Origin: Sphingomonadaceae bacterium | Lineage (GTDB): Bacteria > Pseudomonadota > Alphaproteobacteria > Sphingomonadales > Sphingomonadaceae | NCBI GenBank assembly: GCA_023384025.1 | Contig: JAHDXX010000001.1 | Location: forward strand, 1 to 53,048 | Direction of reading: 5' to 3' | Length of the DNA: 53,048 bases | In this document: positions 48,414-53,048 of the stretch, piece after piece | How the letters are laid out: every line of letters starts with the position of its first letter | How positions within the stretch are numbered: the stretch's first letter is position 1 | The notes under the pieces: model-generated | Database searches by the model: none | The model's input: the letters and a program-made list of their open reading frames with translations, nothing else | Told to the model about the DNA's origin: nothing | Made by a program: the position numbers and the translations under genes

Positions 48414-49529
48414 TTACGCTCCCTTGCGCAAGGGAACTACGTTACTTTGCTTATGCTTATCGATGATTGCAAGGCCGACGGATTCGGCACTTGTCCGCCA
48501 GTCATCGCAGTCGTCAATGATTGCTTCGAGGAAGGCCTCGAAGTCGATCCTGACATTGGTGAGGAGGTGATCTTCCGCCAGCCATGACAGGATGTTGCGG
48601 CCCGAGGTCGCCAGTCGACTGCGCTGCGAGGCATTGGATGCTTCGCCCAGGTAACGCTTCTGGATTTCTTCCAGCACGTCCCATCCGTTGTCCGCGCCAA
48701 ACAGGCTGATGATGTCGCTCGCGCCGAGGATTTCGAAGGCCTCGCGCAGCAGGATCATCACCTCGCTTCGCAACACTGCGATATGGCCGTAGCTGACCTG
48801 CTTCAGGTTGTGTCGCAGATCGAGACCAGCCCGGCGGACCACGGCCATGCTGCCGAAGGTTTCGCGCGAGCCGTCAGGGCGCAGCACTTCCGACACCCGC
48901 TTGTCACCGAAATAGCGCGAGACGTGCTCGCAGAAGTTGCTCAGCAGGCCGTGGAAGGCTGCATTGGGCTGCGATCCCGGCGGTACACTGGCATCGGTAT
49001 AGCCGAACACCTTCCGGTAAGCGGCAAACCTGTCGCCCGCAGTGTAGCGCAGCACCCGCTTGCGATCGAACTGGTAGAGCGCCATTGCCCCTGGCCCGTC
49101 CGACAGCCTGACTTCACCCGAACGGAAGAGCTTCTGCAGTCGCAGTATCGCGCGGAAAACACCGGCCCGTTCGTGCTGGTAAATGTAGTAAAGGTCGCCA
49201 ACTGCGCGGACTCGCTCGCGGCGGACCGCGTTGTCGTAGTTGGGCAGCAGGCTGGGCGGAGGTGCTTCGCCGACAGTACCGGCGATATCCGGGCCGAGCC
49301 CGATCAGTCGCGCCAGCCCCCCGTCGGCATCGCCATTGCCCAGCGCACCAGCCTGCGTCAGCAGATCGCTGGCGCTGGCAATCCATTCGGCAATGATCTC
49401 GCTGTTCGGGCTGGCCGCAAGTTCGTCACGTGCATCGCGAACCAGCTGCGTCCGGACTTCTTCAAGCTTCGCCAGCAGTTCGTTGTACTCGGCCAGAGTG
49501 TGGATCGGGCCCTGTTCTTCGTTGCTCAT
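48414..49529 (-). CDS. hypothetical alpha-helical protein (371 aa)
   Basis: GAGGAG RBS before ATG 49529; globular composition; in operon. Confidence 0.8.
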   Translation of the reverse strand: MSNEEQGPIHTLAEYNELLAKLEEVRTQLVRDARDELAASPNSEIIAEWIASASDLLTQAGALGNGDADGGLARLIGLGPDIAGTVGEAPPPSLLPNYDNAVRRERVRAVGDLYYIYQHERAGVFRAILRLQKLFRSGEVRLSDGPGAMALYQFDRKRVLRYTAGDRFAAYRKVFGYTDASVPPGSQPNAAFHGLLSNFCEHVSRYFGDKRVSEVLRPDGSRETFGSMAVVRRAGLDLRHNLKQVSYGHIAVLRSEVMILLREAFEILGASDIISLFGADNGWDVLEEIQKRYLGEASNASQRSRLATSGRNILSWLAEDHLLTNVRIDFEAFLEAIIDDCDDWRTSAESVGLAIIDKHKQSNVVPLRKGA

Positions 49530-49560
49530 CGTCTTGGCTCCTCTTGGCTCTGGTGCGGGA

Positions 49561-51204
49561 TCAGGATCCCAGGCGATTGGCGAAACCGGCACACTTGCGG
49601 GCAATGACTGCAAGGCCGGCGGTATTTTCAGCGACGTCGCTGGCGGTGCCATCGAGCTCGAACTCGCGGAGCGTCTCGGCGCACGCGGCGAGCACACCGG
49701 CGATGGTCGTCAACTCGCTGGCCAGCCCGGCCATGGCCATGCGGCCATAATCCTGCGCTGCGCGATCGCGCTCTGCGAACGGGGTGGCGACATTGATCAG
49801 CCAGACCAGACTATCGGCAAGACCGTTCCCGAGGCTTTCAAGGCTTTCAGCGCTGTCCGGTACGCACAGATCGATGCTTTCCCACAGGTTGAGGGTATCG
49901 GCCATGTCGACACTGGCGAGCTTGTCGAGTGTGGCCCGGGCTGTCAGCACGGCCCGCTCGAGCGTGCGTTCGAGGCGGTAGCCGACTTCGGCGTCGCTGC
50001 GGAAGGTTGCGGCCCGACGCAGGCGATTGTGGATGGTGTGGACCAGTCGGCCGACTTCGACCACTTCGCTGCGGAGTTCCTCGCGCACGACACCGCTCTG
50101 GGACAGTGTGACGGCATCCGCGCCGAAGGGCTCGGCATCGTCGCCGCACAGCCGCTCGGCACTGGTGTCGATTTCCACACCGATAGCTGAAAGATACTCG
50201 ATTGCCTCGCGCGCCAGCTGTTCGGACTTGATGGTTGCCTGGCCGACCGGGATACCCTGCGGTGAAGCGGCAAGCGCGCGGATTTCGTCCAGCCGGCGCT
50301 CGACCAGCTGACGGGTTCGAGGGGCTCCGCCCGGCAATCCGGGGCGCTCGACGAACCGTAACTGGCTGTCGATCCCGTCGAGCGTCGCCGAGAGTTGCTC
50401 AGCGGCAAAGGCAATTGCCTGCGCGTCAACCGCAACCCGCCCCGCCAGAGCTGCGGACTGCGTGCGGAAGCCGCCAGTGGGTCGAATGCGGCGACGCACT
50501 GCGATGCCGGTCTCGGTGGGATAGGTTTCGTATCCGTCGCGCAGGGCGCGGATCAGCTGCTCGGTCAGCCGACCGTCGGTCTCATCTCCGGCATCGAGTG
50601 TGCCTTCGCGATGTGGCAGGCCCAGCCGGTCGAGACTGGCAATCAGCTGGCTGGCGACAGTGTTGGCGCGCACCTGCGGCACTTTGCCAGGGGCGGACCG
50701 GAACATGCCACCTGGACGCAGCGCAGGCGCCTTCATGCTAGCGGTATTGGCCATCGTCTCTTCTCCTTCATGATCTTCGAAGTCATCGCCGAATGCTTCG
50801 CATGCGCTCAGCAAGGCGTCGTTGGCGCGGGCGAGTTCCTGCAGGTCGGCGATAATCGTGCCGGCAGCGACGGCATTGCCGCTTTCCTCTTCCGCTTCGG
50901 AATGCATGTCGCCTGCGACGGGGCTTTCGACCACGGTCTGGCGGATATCGTTGGCGAGGCGGTAAGCACGGGCTACAGCGGCCGCAGTAACCTTCATTTC
51001 GCACAGTTCCTGCACCCGTTGCTGCAAGCCCGGCAGTACAGCATCGAGATCGTCGATGCTTGCCCGTGCGCCATGCGCATCGACGAAGGCCTTCTGACTC
51101 ATCGCCAGCCGGTCAAGGCTGCGCTTGCAGCGCGCCCTCGCGCGTCCAAAGCCGGCGGCCGCCTGCACGAAGTCATTGCCGGTCCGGTTGGTCTGAGCGG
51201 ACAT
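49561..51204 (-). CDS. hypothetical helical/coiled-coil protein (547 aa)
   Basis: Starts 3 nt after the upstream stop with AGGAG/GAGG RBS; Ala/Leu/Glu/Arg-rich. Confidence 0.75.
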   Translation of the reverse strand: MSAQTNRTGNDFVQAAAGFGRARARCKRSLDRLAMSQKAFVDAHGARASIDDLDAVLPGLQQRVQELCEMKVTAAAVARAYRLANDIRQTVVESPVAGDMHSEAEEESGNAVAAGTIIADLQELARANDALLSACEAFGDDFEDHEGEETMANTASMKAPALRPGGMFRSAPGKVPQVRANTVASQLIASLDRLGLPHREGTLDAGDETDGRLTEQLIRALRDGYETYPTETGIAVRRRIRPTGGFRTQSAALAGRVAVDAQAIAFAAEQLSATLDGIDSQLRFVERPGLPGGAPRTRQLVERRLDEIRALAASPQGIPVGQATIKSEQLAREAIEYLSAIGVEIDTSAERLCGDDAEPFGADAVTLSQSGVVREELRSEVVEVGRLVHTIHNRLRRAATFRSDAEVGYRLERTLERAVLTARATLDKLASVDMADTLNLWESIDLCVPDSAESLESLGNGLADSLVWLINVATPFAERDRAAQDYGRMAMAGLASELTTIAGVLAACAETLREFELDGTASDVAENTAGLAVIARKCAGFANRLGS

Positions 51205-51207
51205 GCC

Positions 51208-52545
51208 TCAACTCCTTTCCAGCGTGGCGTAGAAATTCCGGGTGATCGCCTCAGGCGAAGCCTTGCCCCGCGCCAGTGCCAGGCGTGCGGCGCCAATCAG
51301 GAACCGTTCCGGCAACACTCCGGTCGAGAGCCCGCTTTCGAGCCGCTCGGCCCCTTCGGCCGTCACCTGGGCGTGGCGGGGCTGGTAGTGGACGACATCG
51401 ATCATGGCCTTGTCACCCAGTTCCGGCATCGGGGTCAGCACCATGGCTTCCACGGCCGCTTCAATCTGCTTCGGCAGATCCTTGCGCAGGATTTCAGGCA
51501 GTGTTCGCCACACGCTGGGCGGATAGAGCGCATCCCACGCCGCCCGGAAAGACTTCGCATCTTCACCGAAGCCCATCCGCTCAAGCAGATGGAGGTTGAG
51601 GGGAACGCGGACCAGCGGGGTTGGATGGACAGCGTCCTCGGAAAAGGCCGAGGTCTGTGCAACCGAACGTCCGACAACGTCCATCAGTGCGCCGACGTAG
51701 GCCGGCCCGATCAGCAGGGTACCAACGAGATCGGCCCAGGATTCCTTGTGCCAGCGCATCCAGATCGAGGCGGCGGCCGGCGGCAGGCCCCGCTCAGCGA
51801 ATCTGCTCTGGATACGTCTTGGCATGACCTCCCACAATCCGAGGTCGCTCTGCATGTTGTGAGCGACTTCGTGCGGTACCGCGCCCAGTGACCATGGATT
51901 GATCAGCCGGTGGAAGGGGATCATCACCAGCGGGAACGGATTCTCGCGCCGCCCGAGCTTGCTCAGCCTGACCCCCCGGCGGAAGGTGGCCGGACCGAAG
52001 CCGGTTTCGACATAGGCGAACGGAGTGGGGCTGGGTATCGAGCGCGCCTTGCCAAGCTCGAGATAGACCGCGCGGTAGCAATCCAGGGCGATCCGGTCGA
52101 TCCCGGAAAGCATCTGGCCAAACGGACCGGTGCGCTGGTTGAACAGGTTCAGGTAGTACTCCCACACCTTCTCGCCCTGTTGCGCGATCCCGTGCAGGCG
52201 CTCCTTGTGAGTCAGCAAGGCCTGCGTTGCGGCTGCACCTGCGCCGGTGCGAACGGCCTGTGCCGCCGCAGCCAGTTTCCGCTCCTCGGACCTGACGAGG
52301 GAGTGCACGGCGCCGAGCAACTTGTTGACCGCGGCGATATGGGCCGGGCTGGGGCTGGCCGGACCAGTCCCGAACTGTCCGACCCGGAACTGTGCCATGC
52401 CGCGACCGTAGCGGTCGGCGTTGACCAGAGTGCGAAGGGCGAAAAAGCGGAGAGCAGGCGGAATGGCGGCCTGCGCAGCGCCTGTGGCCGGGCCGGGCTG
52501 TGAAGCCTCGGGCGGGGCGCGTTCGAGGAGTTTGGCGGGCATCAT
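51208..52545 (-). CDS. putative gluzincin zinc metalloprotease
   Basis: PHEVAHN (HExxH), ESWAD (third-ligand ExxAD), VHPTP..R. Confidence 0.75.
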   Translation of the reverse strand: MMPAKLLERAPPEASQPGPATGAAQAAIPPALRFFALRTLVNADRYGRGMAQFRVGQFGTGPASPSPAHIAAVNKLLGAVHSLVRSEERKLAAAAQAVRTGAGAAATQALLTHKERLHGIAQQGEKVWEYYLNLFNQRTGPFGQMLSGIDRIALDCYRAVYLELGKARSIPSPTPFAYVETGFGPATFRRGVRLSKLGRRENPFPLVMIPFHRLINPWSLGAVPHEVAHNMQSDLGLWEVMPRRIQSRFAERGLPPAAASIWMRWHKESWADLVGTLLIGPAYVGALMDVVGRSVAQTSAFSEDAVHPTPLVRVPLNLHLLERMGFGEDAKSFRAAWDALYPPSVWRTLPEILRKDLPKQIEAAVEAMVLTPMPELGDKAMIDVVHYQPRHAQVTAEGAERLESGLSTGVLPERFLIGAARLALARGKASPEAITRNFYATLERS

Positions 52546-53048
52546 GACGCGGCGAGCTCGAATGCTGCCAGCGCTTCTGCTTCAGCGGTTGCGAGTGATG
52601 GAGATCGCACGGGTTCTTGCGACACCATCGGAAGATTTTCGAATGATGCGTGTCGATCGCCTCGCGTGCTTTCGCCGAGCAGCGCCAGTGCGGCGACGGC
52701 GGCCACCAGGAATGGTTTGGGAAAGATCGGGGCAGACCATAGCTTGCCGAAGAAGTCAGCCCAAAGGGGCTTGGCAGACCGGTCGATGACAGCACGGCGG
52801 ACCAGCAGTTCAGTTGCGAAATGGCCAAAGAGGGCCGGCCCTGGATCACCGCTGGTCGACTTTGCCAGTGTAGAGCCGATCTCGCCGGCCAGGCGCGCGA
52901 CTTCGAACCAGCGCACCCACAGTACCGCGCGCACGCGATTGATAACGCTGGACTGGTTTCCCAATCCGGGCGGAAACGCAGGGAAGCGCGCGGTGAGCGT
53001 GCGGATCGTCTGCTGCGAGGGGCGGGCGGCAAGACGCAGGGCGCTGCG
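52542..53048 (-). CDS. hypothetical protein (5' end outside window)
   Basis: The frame of ORF 52542..52964 stays open to the window edge; ATGA overlap with the protease gene. Confidence 0.65.
   Translation of the reverse strand, partial: RSALRLAARPSQQTIRTLTARFPAFPPGLGNQSSVINRVRAVLWVRWFEVARLAGEIGSTLAKSTSGDPGPALFGHFATELLVRRAVIDRSAKPLWADFFGKLWSAPIFPKPFLVAAVAALALLGESTRGDRHASFENLPMVSQEPVRSPSLATAEAEALAAFELAAS

Noticed and set aside
50395-51891. 498-aa plus-strand ORF
   Set aside because: Antisense to two coupled minus-strand genes that have RBSs and a protease motif.

Overview
GC-rich alphaproteobacterial chromosome segment; gene content suggests Sphingomonadales (inference). Positions 1-19.2 kb are housekeeping-type genes: DUF2306/LytTR pair, katG, flavin oxidoreductase, purU, a DUF2946 leader plus copper-type TonB receptor, PQQ quinohemoprotein ADH, SPFH/NfeD and an O-acyltransferase. 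They end at tRNA-Leu(CAG) (19230-19316), an integration hotspot holding two tandem elements. Element 1 (19301-36590, bounded by a perfect 16-bp repeat of the tRNA 3' end) is an integrative mobilizable element. It has a P4-type integrase, AlpA/Xis behind a LexA box, and TraA/oriT/TraC/TraD but no T4SS. Its AT-rich cargo is a kinase-receiver-membrane protein trio, a BcgI-like RM pair, a GmrSD-HNH-Schlafen fusion and a putative toxin plus pseudo-ImmA pair. Element 2 (about 36575-41775, degenerate att) is a decayed island with an integrase, an IS5-family element, a truncated ABC ATPase, an HNH nuclease and a GSU2403-type nucleotidyltransferase. Next comes a TetR-controlled aromatic catabolic operon. 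The window ends in an uncharacterised, tightly coupled minus-strand operon (gluzincin protease, three unknown proteins, LuxR-HTH) that runs off the right edge. That operon and the island-borne defence-like modules are the best candidates for undescribed systems. All family calls come from motif recognition by eye; no database search was run.
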